From an uncultured delta proteobacterium (lineage in GTDB: Bacteria; Desulfobacterota; Binatia; Binatales; Binataceae): a stretch of DNA of 64,000 nucleotides. Shown here one piece after another: positions 8,921 through 18,596 of the stretch (position 1 is the first letter of the stretch; every line of letters begins with the position of its first letter). The notes beneath the pieces are model-generated. The model worked only from the letters and a program-made list of their open reading frames with translations, ran no database searches and had not been told where the DNA came from. Position numbers and translations under genes: made by a program. The stretch spans positions 1 to 64,000 of the forward strand of contig CAWCDG010000003.1 of the NCBI GenBank assembly GCA_963794325.1, read 5' to 3'.

Positions 8921-9910
8921 CTAGCGCCCCAGCTTCGCAAACAGATCAGTCTCGGCCTTCGCAACCGGCGATTCGTGCACCTCGCCCAGCAACTGATGAA
9001 ACTTCGGCGAGCCGGCTGCCTGCTCCGCCGCCCAGCGTTTCGCGAAAGCACCGTTGCGGATCTCGTCGATCGCTTTACGCATCAACGCTTCCGCATCGTC
9101 ACCGATGAACTGTGCGCCGTGTGTGAGTTGTCCGAACTGGCTGGTGTGCGAATGCAACTTGAGCTGGTTCCAAATCCCCATCGACGCCATCGCACGGCCG
9201 ATCTCGCCCAACTCGCCCGATGCGTACAGTTCCAACAGCGCGACCTCGGAACTCACTCCGGCCTCGGTCAGAAGTTTGTAAGCTCGTTCAAGCAGAAAGA
9301 GCATCGCGCCGGCCCACGTGTGCTCGGAGAACAGATCGACCAGCGTCTCCTCCTCGAAGCTCGACTCCACCACTGCGCCATGCGGCAGAAAGGCGCCGAT
9401 TCCGTGCGCGATCGCCAAGGTCGTTGCGAGGGCGCGGCCGGAGGCGTCCTGCTTGACGCCGACCAGCACAGGAAATCCCTCGCCGCGTGCGGGCAGTTCG
9501 AGCACGCCCTGGCCAATCATCCGCGGCGCGACGAGCGCGACGTCGACCTCTGCGGGCGGCACAATGAATTTGTAAGTGATGTTGTAACCGCTGGCGAAGA
9601 CCAGCGTTTTGCCGCGGCTCAGATGCGGTTCGATCATGCGCCGGTAGATGTCGGGTGCGATCTCGTCGGGCAACAGCAGTAGGATGACGTTCGCACGATC
9701 GGCGGCCGCGTCCATCGCGAGCGTCTCGAAACCGTCGGCCTTCGCCTGGCGCCAACTGTCGTCCTCCTGGTTGCCGACGACTACCTGATGACCTGCCCGG
9801 CGCAGATTGATAGCCTGCGATCGTCCCTGATTGCCGTACCCGATTATCGCGATGGTCCTGCCGCTGAGGACCGCGGGATCTGCTTCGTTCGCGGCAAAAA
9901 ATCTGGCCAT
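8921..9910 (-). CDS. ilvC: Ketol-acid reductoisomerase (class I, divergent)
   Basis: IIGYGNQGRSQAINLR, LLPDE, VAPRMIG, ETLVDLFSEH, HSHTSQFG. Confidence 0.88.
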   Translation of the reverse strand: MARFFAANEADPAVLSGRTIAIIGYGNQGRSQAINLRRAGHQVVVGNQEDDSWRQAKADGFETLAMDAAADRANVILLLLPDEIAPDIYRRMIEPHLSRGKTLVFASGYNITYKFIVPPAEVDVALVAPRMIGQGVLELPARGEGFPVLVGVKQDASGRALATTLAIAHGIGAFLPHGAVVESSFEEETLVDLFSEHTWAGAMLFLLERAYKLLTEAGVSSEVALLELYASGELGEIGRAMASMGIWNQLKLHSHTSQFGQLTHGAQFIGDDAEALMRKAIDEIRNGAFAKRWAAEQAAGSPKFHQLLGEVHESPVAKAETDLFAKLGR

Positions 9911-10072
9911 TTCTTGTCCTCTCTTGGGTGGAAGCTTACGCCAAGCGCAGAATTTGGAGTAGATCACGCGCAGGCGGGAACTGGCCATTTGCGCTCGGGC
10001 TCGATTTCCAGAAACGGGGTCCGTGCGGCCTTGGCTCATCTCGAGCCTTGCGCGGAGCAAAGCGGTGATACT

Positions 10073-10513
10073 ATGAGGTCAGGCGTGGCTGGCGAACGTC
10101 CGGATGCGGAGATCATGGCGCCGATCGAGCGGATCGCGCGGTTCATGGAAAGTCTCGATTCCCAGTTTCTCAACGAGGCCTTCGCGGACGGGGAGGTCGT
10201 GCTGATCGAGAATTTCCCGCCCTACGTTTTCGAGGGCGGCGATGCAGTTGCGCGCTGGGCGAAGGGTTTCGCGGAGCATGCGAAAAATATCACGGAGCTT
10301 CGACATTCTTTCGGCAACCCGCACGATTTTCAGCTGGACGGCGAGCTTGCGTTCCTTTCCCTGCCGACGACCTGGCGAGGCACAATCGGCGCAAGCTCAT
10401 TCATCGAAACCGGCGGCTGGGCCTTCGTGCTCGTGAAGCACGCAGGCGGCTGGCGCGTGCGGAACTACGGTTGGGCAGTGACGGGCATCGCCATGAAGGC
10501 CCACGCCGACTGA
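10073..10513 (+). CDS. NTF2/SnoaL-like protein
   Basis: About 146 aa; IENFPPYVFEG...WAFVLVKHAGGWRV. Confidence 0.65.
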   Translation: MRSGVAGERPDAEIMAPIERIARFMESLDSQFLNEAFADGEVVLIENFPPYVFEGGDAVARWAKGFAEHAKNITELRHSFGNPHDFQLDGELAFLSLPTTWRGTIGASSFIETGGWAFVLVKHAGGWRVRNYGWAVTGIAMKAHAD

Positions 10514-10658
10514 TTCAAGCTGAAACGCGATGACCTAACGAATTCCCTCTTTTGGCAGACGTTGGTGCGAAGGACTTCACTTCGCTCTTGCACTGGTCTT
10601 TCGGCGCGCGATTTGGGAAACTTCGCCACGCGCGCACCCCGAGAGCAAATCCCACGCA

Positions 10659-12152
10659 ATGACATTCAGATCCTCTTCGCTCGCGTTTCTTCTCGTCTCC
10701 GCACTCGGGTTCGTGCTCCCGTCGCACGCATTTGCGCAGCTATCGATTCCGGGCAAGGTGATGACCTACCGAACGCTCGACCTTGATTCGGGAGAAGAAC
10801 TGGAACGCAGGCGGAGCTCGCAGGTATCGGATGCACAAGGCGCGCGCGAGCTGACAGCCACCACCTACCCGGTCGGAAGCGAGGTGATAAGCGAATGCAC
10901 GTTCGCAAAAGGATTCGCGCAGCCGGCCACGATGTTCCGATCGATCATGCGGAGCAAAACGGGCGAGCTCGAGCGCTCGGATTTTGACACGTTCGATCCC
11001 AGCTACTATCCGTTTCTCGCCAAGCCGATTGTCCGCGACGCACAACCGGGCGCGTGCGTGTCAAAGAGCGCCCTCGATTTGCCGACGCTGGTGCGGGGCG
11101 GTCAGATCGAGACGTGGATTTGGTCCGACGGCGGATCGGTCGGGGCCATTTTTCGACCCGAAGAGAACGAGAAGCTGACTGTCCCAGCCGGCAGCTTCGA
11201 TGCTTTGCGGGTTCGCATCGATCTCGACTTGAGCAAGGTTTTTCCGCACGTGCCAGATCTCTTTCTCAAGCTGGTCAAGCCGCATTTCACGATCTGGATT
11301 ACGCGCAGTGAACCTTACTACGTGCTCAAGATGGCGGGATTTGGCGCGTCAAACACCAAGCTGCACAAGAACACGGTGATCGAGCTCGCCTCGATTAGCA
11401 AACTGACCGCGAATGATTCGAAGATACCTGCAGAACTCGGGCAGGCCGCCTCTGCCGACCAACCGCCCAGTCTCCATGCGATCAACTCCGGCAGCTTCAC
11501 GCAAGGAGATCGCGCCGGTCACGTGACGTTCGCCAGCGCGTTGACACCCGCGGGCGAGGTGCTGGTAGCTCGTGTCGCATTCAGCAATGGGTTGGCGACT
11601 GAGAGTCGCACGTTAGTTGACCGCGGCGCATCGCCGGCCACGGTTTATCTGGACGATCGCAGCTATGCGTCGCGCGGTGCGATCGTGCGCAGGCATCTCA
11701 TTTTCTTTCGCAAGGCCGCCTTCCCTAACGATCCGCAAAAGGATCTTCCTGCTGACTTGTACGCGGCGGACATGACGCTCGGCGCGCTCCTGCCACGTCT
11801 GCTTCCCCAGGGAAGCGACGAGGCGAGTTTTCATGTGATGGATTTTTCAGGTGAGGTGAACGAGCTGACCATTCACCGCGACGGGATGATGACGGTTGCT
11901 CTCGGTGGCGACGACACGCGCGCGATTCATGCGAAGCTGACGCCGATAGTCGACACTCCGTTATTGCTGCGACCGCTGGCGTACTTCTTCGTACCGACAT
12001 TCGACGCCTATTTCGATTCCGGTTCGAGCCATCGCCTGCTTAAGTTCGAGGGGCCGCTCGGCCCGCCTGGCGTGCCGAACGCGACGATGCTTTCCGACGA
12101 GAGGTTGCCGGGCCCCGTGGAAAGCGTGCCGGCATTTCCCGCGAGTCAGTAG
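10659..12152 (+). CDS. Secreted hypothetical protein with two related, DUF3108-like halves
   Basis: Signal peptide (...SHAFAQ); EKLTVPAGSFDALRV motif; similar C-ends in both halves. Confidence 0.7.
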   Translation: MTFRSSSLAFLLVSALGFVLPSHAFAQLSIPGKVMTYRTLDLDSGEELERRRSSQVSDAQGARELTATTYPVGSEVISECTFAKGFAQPATMFRSIMRSKTGELERSDFDTFDPSYYPFLAKPIVRDAQPGACVSKSALDLPTLVRGGQIETWIWSDGGSVGAIFRPEENEKLTVPAGSFDALRVRIDLDLSKVFPHVPDLFLKLVKPHFTIWITRSEPYYVLKMAGFGASNTKLHKNTVIELASISKLTANDSKIPAELGQAASADQPPSLHAINSGSFTQGDRAGHVTFASALTPAGEVLVARVAFSNGLATESRTLVDRGASPATVYLDDRSYASRGAIVRRHLIFFRKAAFPNDPQKDLPADLYAADMTLGALLPRLLPQGSDEASFHVMDFSGEVNELTIHRDGMMTVALGGDDTRAIHAKLTPIVDTPLLLRPLAYFFVPTFDAYFDSGSSHRLLKFEGPLGPPGVPNATMLSDERLPGPVESVPAFPASQ

Positions 12153-12154
12153 TC

Positions 12155-13810
12155 TCAGACCAGGCGCTCGAGAGCTTGTTCGATTTCGGCGACGAGGTGT
12201 TCGCGCTGGCGAGTCGTGTCGATGCGCAGGAGGTTGCGCGGTGGGATCTCGCGAATTGGCTCGAACTCCGCGCGCTGCTTTTTGTATATCTTCGGCGTGG
12301 CGTCCGACACCTCACCTGCTTTCGACGCACGTTCGTTCAGCCGGCGTATCGCTTCATCCTCGCTGACGACGCATTCGACGAAGATAACCGGCACGCCATG
12401 CCGCGTTGCGAGTGCGAGCGCAAGCTGCCGATCGGCGGACGCCTTGAAAGTCGCGTCGAGAATCGCGCCGCATCCTTCGTTCAAAAGTTTTTCCGCCTCG
12501 GCGAGCATCGCGTCGTAGGAAATCTTGGTAAATCTGTCTGAATATATGTTCGCGCCGTAATCCGTGCGGACGTGCTCGTGCGGAGAGATTGATGCCAGCC
12601 GCTTGCGCACACGGTCCGAGTTGATCGCGTTGAATCCCTTGCGATGCTGCAGCGCGCGGGCGACGGTCGACTTGCCCGATCCCGACAGCCCGCAAATCAC
12701 GATTAGCGCAGGCGACGCGCTACGCGCGTAACGCGATGCCAGCGCGTAATAACTGATCGCGAGCTGGCGGGCGCGCTCGCGCTCAGAATCGCCGACTTCG
12801 CGCTCGAGGCTTCTCAGGCTCTCAACTTTGCCGCGCACCGCGGCGCGGTAGCACTTGTAAAACGGTACGAGCACCGCGAGCTCGTCATCGTGGGTGATTT
12901 CCGCGTATGACTCGACCAGCTCGTCGGCGAGTGCGGGCGTGCCTAGTCGATCGAGGTCCATCGCGAGGAATGCGATCTCCGACGCGACGTCGCCATAGCG
13001 CAGCCGCTCGCTGAACTCGACACAATCGATCACTTCGATCTGATTTTCGGATCGGTTGCTCTCGATACAGACGTGCTCGGCGCGCAAGTCGCCGTGTCCT
13101 TCGCGGACGCGGCCCTCGAGCGCCCGATTGTTCAGCGGCCGCCAATGAGCCGCGATGAAGCCGCGGCAGAAGGAGTCGATCCCGTCGAATTGCGATTGCT
13201 TCAGCGTATGCCCGATGAACGGCTCGTTCTGCGCGATGTCCTCGATCATGCCGCGCCAAATCGCCGCCGCCGAACCGTAGGTCCATGCACGATTCGACGG
13301 GGCGCTGGTATGAAATGCCGCGATGCGCGCCGCAATCGCGCGAACCTTGTCGATCCCCACCTGGCCCGCGGCAAGGAGCTGGTCGAGCATCCGGTCTTCG
13401 GGCAGCCGGCGCATCTTGACTGCGTACTCGACGGCCTCAGGATGTTCGGCGTCCACTTCGGGTCCGAGCACGAAGGAGTCGCCGCGTTTCAGAATCGCGA
13501 ACACGCCGAGATAAACACGCGGCGAAAGTCGCGCATTGAGCCGGACCTCCTCGCAGCAGAAGAGGAACCGCTGCGTGAGTCTGGAGCAATTTAGAAACGG
13601 GAAATGAACCGGCTTCTTCACTTTGTAAACGAAGTCGCCGGCGATGAAGACGTAGGAGATGTGCGTCTGCTTGAGCTCGACACGCGCGGGCGAATCCGGA
13701 TAGAACCCCGGCCGCGTCATCGCCTCAATCACTGGCGGCAAGCGTCCCGCTGAATCTGTCTCAGCTCCCGGCGTTGCGCGTGCTTCCATGGTTTCGGCGG
13801 CGAGGTTCAT
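12155..13810 (-). CDS. Aminoglycoside-phosphotransferase-like plus P-loop kinase fusion (Rv2004c-like)
   Basis: QTHISYVF, KVKKPV, REGHGDL, IDCVEF, then GLSGSGKST and DATF. Confidence 0.9.
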   Translation of the reverse strand: MNLAAETMEARATPGAETDSAGRLPPVIEAMTRPGFYPDSPARVELKQTHISYVFIAGDFVYKVKKPVHFPFLNCSRLTQRFLFCCEEVRLNARLSPRVYLGVFAILKRGDSFVLGPEVDAEHPEAVEYAVKMRRLPEDRMLDQLLAAGQVGIDKVRAIAARIAAFHTSAPSNRAWTYGSAAAIWRGMIEDIAQNEPFIGHTLKQSQFDGIDSFCRGFIAAHWRPLNNRALEGRVREGHGDLRAEHVCIESNRSENQIEVIDCVEFSERLRYGDVASEIAFLAMDLDRLGTPALADELVESYAEITHDDELAVLVPFYKCYRAAVRGKVESLRSLEREVGDSERERARQLAISYYALASRYARSASPALIVICGLSGSGKSTVARALQHRKGFNAINSDRVRKRLASISPHEHVRTDYGANIYSDRFTKISYDAMLAEAEKLLNEGCGAILDATFKASADRQLALALATRHGVPVIFVECVVSEDEAIRRLNERASKAGEVSDATPKIYKKQRAEFEPIREIPPRNLLRIDTTRQREHLVAEIEQALERLV

Positions 13811-13823
13811 AGATCACGCTGGT

Positions 13824-14642
13824 CTATTCGGGATGCTCAGTCCCGTGGGTGAGCGCTTCGAGCACATCGCAGGTGGTGATCACGCCGGCGAGCTTGCCAT
13901 TCTCGACTACGGGCAGCGCGCCGATCTTCCGCTCGCGGAGCAAACGCGCGGCCTCAGCGATATGACTCGTTGGCGCTACGGTAATCAGCGCTTCGCTCAT
14001 CGCCTTGAACGCCTCGGTTTGATCAAGGAATCCGGTGCGCTGACGGATGTCGCGATCGGTGACGATACCGACTGGAGCCCCGTCGCTAACGATCGTCACG
14101 GATCGAAAGCCTCCCGCGTGCATCTTTCCCGCGATGGTGTCGAGCTTCTCATGCGGCGTCGCGGTGACCGGATTCTTGGTCATCCAGGTGCTGACGAGAT
14201 CGTTCTGAGTCGGCGTGCATCGCACCGTCAGCACCGGGCAGTTGGATTCGCGCAGCACCAGTTCGGCAATGCTGCCGAGAAAGAAGCGTTTGAAGCCACG
14301 CCGCCCATGCGTCGCCATCACGATCACATCGGCATTGGTCTTTTTCTCGGCGTTCAGGATCGTGCCGGCCGGCTCTCCAGAATGAATCAGCAGTTCGTAC
14401 TTGATGTCCGCAAGCCGCCTTTGCGCAATCTCGAGCAGCTTGGTGCGAGCCGCGTCCTCCTGCCCTTTGTAGAGGTCGACATAGACCGGCATTCCGGTCG
14501 GTTCGATGATCATCGGCACGACGTGCAAGACGTAAACGGTGCCATTGCTCTCGCGAGCTAGATTCGCGGCGGTATCGAGCGCCTGCATGGAGTTGTCATC
14601 GAAATCCACCGGGCAAAGAATTCTGCGGAATTGCGCCGTCAT
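13824..14642 (-). CDS. Universal stress protein-CBS domain fusion
   Basis: ILCPVDFD...VMATHGRRG...LGSIAE...CPVLTV followed by a CBS pair (MTKNPV, GIVTDRD, IGALPVV). Confidence 0.9.
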   Translation of the reverse strand: MTAQFRRILCPVDFDDNSMQALDTAANLARESNGTVYVLHVVPMIIEPTGMPVYVDLYKGQEDAARTKLLEIAQRRLADIKYELLIHSGEPAGTILNAEKKTNADVIVMATHGRRGFKRFFLGSIAELVLRESNCPVLTVRCTPTQNDLVSTWMTKNPVTATPHEKLDTIAGKMHAGGFRSVTIVSDGAPVGIVTDRDIRQRTGFLDQTEAFKAMSEALITVAPTSHIAEAARLLRERKIGALPVVENGKLAGVITTCDVLEALTHGTEHPE

Positions 14643-14684
14643 AAAATTTCTCCTTCCTTGGTCTGCCGCATTCACCTTTTACTA

Positions 14685-14699
14685 GCGAATGCCGTGCCA
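14685..14699 (-). promoter_or_regulatory. Sigma54 promoter of the USP-CBS operon
   Basis: TGGCACGGCATTCGC on the - strand (GG-N10-GC). Confidence 0.75.
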
Positions 14700-14807
14700 T
14701 CGAGGAGATCAGGAATTTCTGTGGCGTATCGCGCCGGGCTGTATCCGATCGCGCCACTCATAGTTGGTAAGTGCGGCCAAACGGTCCGATTAATGCTCGA
14801 TTGCCGC

Positions 14808-14823
14808 TGGCAGACGAATTGCA
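14808..14823 (+). promoter_or_regulatory. Sigma54 promoter of the CBS gene
   Basis: TGGCAGACGAATTGCA (GG-N10-GC). Confidence 0.75.
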
Positions 14824-14856
14824 CTCGTTAATAGTGACCATGAGGAGAAGGAATCA

Positions 14857-15249
14857 ATGCAGATTGTCAATTTGATGACTACGGACCCGCTGACGATTAG
14901 CTCGGACGACACGCTGTCGAAAGCGAAGTGCATCATGGAAGCGGGCAACTTCAGACGAGTGCCGGTGGTCGATGACGGGCGACTGGTCGGAATTCTGACT
15001 GAGCGCGACCTGCACAAATATTCGGGCTTTCTGGAATCTACACGGGCGAACGCAGCGATGCGCACCGCTCTCATAACGATCACGCCGTACAACACGGTGG
15101 AAGATGCGACGCGCCTGATGTTGAAGCACAAGATCGGTGGGTTGCCGATTGTCGCTAGTGGCAGATTGGTCGGTATCGTTACCACGACCGATCTGCTCAG
15201 GGCGTTTCTGAACGTCGTGCAGGCGACCAACGAGATTGTGCAGCCGTAA
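14857..15249 (+). CDS. CBS domain protein
   Basis: MTTDPLTI, RRVPVV, GILTERDL, IGGLPIV, GIVTTTDL. Confidence 0.92.
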   Translation: MQIVNLMTTDPLTISSDDTLSKAKCIMEAGNFRRVPVVDDGRLVGILTERDLHKYSGFLESTRANAAMRTALITITPYNTVEDATRLMLKHKIGGLPIVASGRLVGIVTTTDLLRAFLNVVQATNEIVQP

Positions 15250-15278
15250 ACGCTAGCGAGAGGGAATGTCGCGGGTTG

Positions 15279-16805
15279 CTACTCGATACCGTACTTCGCG
15301 ATCTTTGCGTAGAGCTTTTTGCGCGAGATCTTCAGCAGCTTGGCGGCGCGCAGTTTGTTGCCGTCGGTCGCCTCGAGTGCGCCGCGGATTAGCGCCTGCT
15401 CTGCATCGGCAAAACTACCTACCGGAACTGCCGGCAGCGTAGATGCGCGTTCGGAGGAATGCGAACCGGCTATTGAGGCGGGCAGATCCTGCAATCGGAT
15501 CACGGGCGTGCGGCTGAACGTGAATGCGCCTTCGATCGCGTTGGCTAGTTCGCGCACGTTGCCCGGCCACGAATACTGGCGCATCGCCTCGAGAGCAGCG
15601 TCCTCGATTCCGGTGACGGGCACCGCTCGCATCTGGCGGGCGTTGAACACCTCGATAAAATGTTCGGCGAGCAGACTGACGTCCTCAAGGCGCTCCCGCA
15701 GCGGCGGTATCTGTATGACTCCGGCCTGGAGACGATAGTAGAGGTCGTTGCGAAGCCGTCCCGCATCGACTGCCTCCTGCGGATCGCGATTGGTCGAGGC
15801 GATGAGGCGCACATCCACCGCGACCTCCTTGGTAGATCCGACCGGACGCACGGTGCGCTCCTGGATAGCGCGCAGCAGTTTGCTCTGCGTATCGGCGCTC
15901 ATCTCGGTGACCTCGTCCAGGAACAGCGTGCCACCTTCCGCCGCGCGGAACAGTCCCAAATATTCGGTGTTCGCGCCGCTGAACGCGCCGCGCTTGTATC
16001 CGAATAGCTCGCTCTCGATGAGGTCCCGCGGTATCGCCGCACAGTTCAGCGCGACGAATGGCGCCGACGGCTGCTGGCTGCATTCATGGATAGCGTGCGC
16101 CACCAGCTCCTTGCCTGTGCCACTCTCGCCGACGATCAGAATCGTGCCGCGCGTCGCGCCCGCAGCTTCCACCCGGTCGTACATCTGACGCATTGCGCCA
16201 CTGGCGCCGACCAGGCCGTGGAACCGGCTGCGCGAATGTTTCGGAATCGCCGCAGCTTCGCGTTCGAGCGCCTGTATTCGCGCTCCCGCGACGGCGGTCT
16301 TCGACTGGAAGTAGGTATCGGCCAGCACGATCATTCGAATGTGACTCAGCTTGTCGAACGACTGGTAGATTCGCGGCATCAGGGGCGGAAACACCGGAAA
16401 TACGGTGGCCGCGCTTTCCTCGAACAGATGCATCGAGACGATCAGTTCCGAGAACGGCACGCCGCGCTCAGCCAGCAGCTCTCCGATTCGCGCGATGTCG
16501 GCGGCGAAGCGGTCCATGTCTTTGTCGAGTAAGTCCCTGAGCGTCGCATCGAGCTCGTTACCGAAGATCTCGACGAACTCGACGCGGCTCAGCGCGCGAG
16601 TATCGGCAAAGTGCAGCACGTAGAGTTGGTACCAATGGTCCAGCACGCGGTCGCGATTCTTCTGGACAGACTCCAGCACCGAACGGAGATCGTCGAGCTC
16701 CTCCTCCCACAACAAGTGAAAGTAACGGGGACGTCCGCTTGGCATTGAAGCGGGAAGAATCGGGGGGACGTCGGGCTTCATCTGGACTGGCTCGAAAGGC
16801 GTCAC
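15279..16805 (-). CDS. Sigma54 enhancer-binding protein with an N-terminal globin-like (RsbR-N/protoglobin-like) domain
   Basis: GESGTGKE, GAFSGA, WPGNVREL, Fis HTH; helical N-terminus RVLDHWYQLY...IGELLAERGVPF. Confidence 0.88.
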   Translation of the reverse strand: MTPFEPVQMKPDVPPILPASMPSGRPRYFHLLWEEELDDLRSVLESVQKNRDRVLDHWYQLYVLHFADTRALSRVEFVEIFGNELDATLRDLLDKDMDRFAADIARIGELLAERGVPFSELIVSMHLFEESAATVFPVFPPLMPRIYQSFDKLSHIRMIVLADTYFQSKTAVAGARIQALEREAAAIPKHSRSRFHGLVGASGAMRQMYDRVEAAGATRGTILIVGESGTGKELVAHAIHECSQQPSAPFVALNCAAIPRDLIESELFGYKRGAFSGANTEYLGLFRAAEGGTLFLDEVTEMSADTQSKLLRAIQERTVRPVGSTKEVAVDVRLIASTNRDPQEAVDAGRLRNDLYYRLQAGVIQIPPLRERLEDVSLLAEHFIEVFNARQMRAVPVTGIEDAALEAMRQYSWPGNVRELANAIEGAFTFSRTPVIRLQDLPASIAGSHSSERASTLPAVPVGSFADAEQALIRGALEATDGNKLRAAKLLKISRKKLYAKIAKYGIE

Positions 16806-16908
16806 GCCGGCCCCAAAACGCTCCCGGCGGGGACAAACCTATTTAACATACGTCTAGCCGAAACCAAAATTATAGGGATTTCAATGGCAATTTGGCGGGC
16901 GTCCGCAT

Positions 16909-16923
16909 TGGCATGCTTCAAGC
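16909..16923 (+). promoter_or_regulatory. Sigma54 promoter
   Basis: TGGCATGCTTCAAGC (GG-N10-GC), about 30 bp before ATG 16955. Confidence 0.55.
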
Positions 16924-16954
16924 AAGAGTAGAGCTTCGAGATGTTTGCAGGTCA

Positions 16955-17371
16955 ATGTTACGCGAGCAGAATCAATTGAACTCCGGATCGGCCGCGATCG
17001 AAACGCGCCCGGCGATAGCTGTTCTTTCGCGCGATGAATCGATCTTGAAAATGATCGCCGGAGGCTTCAACGATTCCTGGATCCTCGAAAAGTTCGACGA
17101 TCCGCACGAGGCGCGCCCCTTGCTGCTCAAGCCCGGCGTCAGGATTGTTGTGATCGACGACGAAGCGGTCGACGAATCAATGCGCGGATGGCTCCTCGAC
17201 CAGGTGCGGAAATGCGCCCCGCAGGCCCTCGTAGCCTACATCGCGGCTATTCACACTCCCGAGAATGAGCGGCGAGCGCGCAAATACCGCGTCCAGTACT
17301 ACACCTCGAAACCGATGGATCATGAACGCATCCTCAGAGTTCTACATTCGTTCGAACGCGCCTCGCAGTAG
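16955..17371 (+). CDS. Single-domain receiver-like protein (atypical)
   Basis: IVVIDD and YYTSKPMD receiver-like motifs. Confidence 0.65.
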   Translation: MLREQNQLNSGSAAIETRPAIAVLSRDESILKMIAGGFNDSWILEKFDDPHEARPLLLKPGVRIVVIDDEAVDESMRGWLLDQVRKCAPQALVAYIAAIHTPENERRARKYRVQYYTSKPMDHERILRVLHSFERASQ

Positions 17372-17483
17372 CAGAAGACCCCCCGGATGCCTTCGAAGTA
17401 GCGATCGGATTCACTGTGTGTCGATCGGAAACAACGCGCATCGCGTTGCGGGTGGTCAAATCAGGGTCTTTTGCAACTTATCG

Positions 17484-17498
17484 TGGCCCCATTCTTGC
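17484..17498 (+). promoter_or_regulatory. Sigma54 promoter
   Basis: TGGCCCCATTCTTGC (GG-N10-GC). Confidence 0.65.
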
Positions 17499-17545
17499 GC
17501 TCTATCTAAAGCATACGGATCCAAATCTCGCGGGAGGGTCAAAAA

Positions 17546-17932
17546 ATGCTTGTTCGGGAAAACATGACGAAAGAGCCAGTGACAGTGACGCCGCGCGATA
17601 CGTTGATCCGCGCCCACACCAGGATGCGGGCCGGCGGATTCCGCCGACTGCCAGTCATGGTCGGCGACAAACTGGTCGGCATCCTTAGCGAGTATGACCT
17701 GCGACGCTACCTCGAATCGTTGGACACGACGTTGGTGGAAGCCGCGATGACGCCAGATCCTGTCACCGTTTCACCGCGGGCGACGCTCGAACACGCAGTC
17801 GCATTGCTCAGATCGAACGAGATCGGCGCGTTGCCGGTGCTCGAGCATGGCCGGCTGATCGGAATCGTCACGGCGAGCAATCTGTGGATCCCGGAGCCGC
17901 GCCCGCTGCCGGAGTGGCAGAGGCATGTATAG
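17546..17932 (+). CDS. CBS domain protein
   Basis: MTKEPVTV, RRLPV, GILSEYDL, IGALPV. Confidence 0.92.
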   Translation: MLVRENMTKEPVTVTPRDTLIRAHTRMRAGGFRRLPVMVGDKLVGILSEYDLRRYLESLDTTLVEAAMTPDPVTVSPRATLEHAVALLRSNEIGALPVLEHGRLIGIVTASNLWIPEPRPLPEWQRHV

Positions 17933-17950
17933 CGTTTCGCTCGCGGCTTT

Positions 17951-18535
17951 TTACTGAATGATCTGCTGAGTCGGCGTCGGGGCCGCCTTGGGAGTTGCTC
18001 GAATGTGCTCGAATACCGTCTTGTTCGCGGTCGCGAGTTGACCCAGAGCGGTCAGAATTCTCTGCGACATTTCGTCGGTGGCGGTTTTGCCGACTCGAAA
18101 CACAGAGGAGTCTTCATACACTTCGCCGGGCAGCCGGTCCGCATAGATGGTAAACGTGACCGACACCGCGGACATCGTCCCGGCGAGCTTTTTGTCGATT
18201 CCCGGGAGTCCCGTGAACAGGTCCACGCACCACAGATGTACCCCGATGCCGAGCGTATCGGTGTGATCGACCAGCCGATACGCGGCCGAATCGCCGACCT
18301 TGTCCTTGAGCGCCGAGCAAAAATCTCCGCCGACCGGATCGCTGCAGTGACAATCCACAAAAACGCTGAGCTTGCTGTCGGATTCGTTTCCTGCCGCTCG
18401 CGCATGCGCCGGGAAGATGAGAAGAATCAGGGCGAGCATTCCGATTGATGATGCGAGATTGGTTTTCAAAGTAAATGGCAGGGTAGCGGAGTCATGGCGG
18501 CGCGGGCAAATGCATAATTTTTGGTATCGCGACAT
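17951..18535 (-). CDS. Secreted Cys-containing hypothetical protein; true start probably downstream
   Basis: Signal-like MLALILLIFPAHARA; DCHCSDPVGGDFC. Confidence 0.6.
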   Translation of the reverse strand: MSRYQKLCICPRRHDSATLPFTLKTNLASSIGMLALILLIFPAHARAAGNESDSKLSVFVDCHCSDPVGGDFCSALKDKVGDSAAYRLVDHTDTLGIGVHLWCVDLFTGLPGIDKKLAGTMSAVSVTFTIYADRLPGEVYEDSSVFRVGKTATDEMSQRILTALGQLATANKTVFEHIRATPKAAPTPTQQIIQ

Positions 18536-18596
18536 CGCCTCCGCCGCGTGCTAGTATTCGACGGTTATCTTCAATGAGGAGTTCGAACTTTATCCG

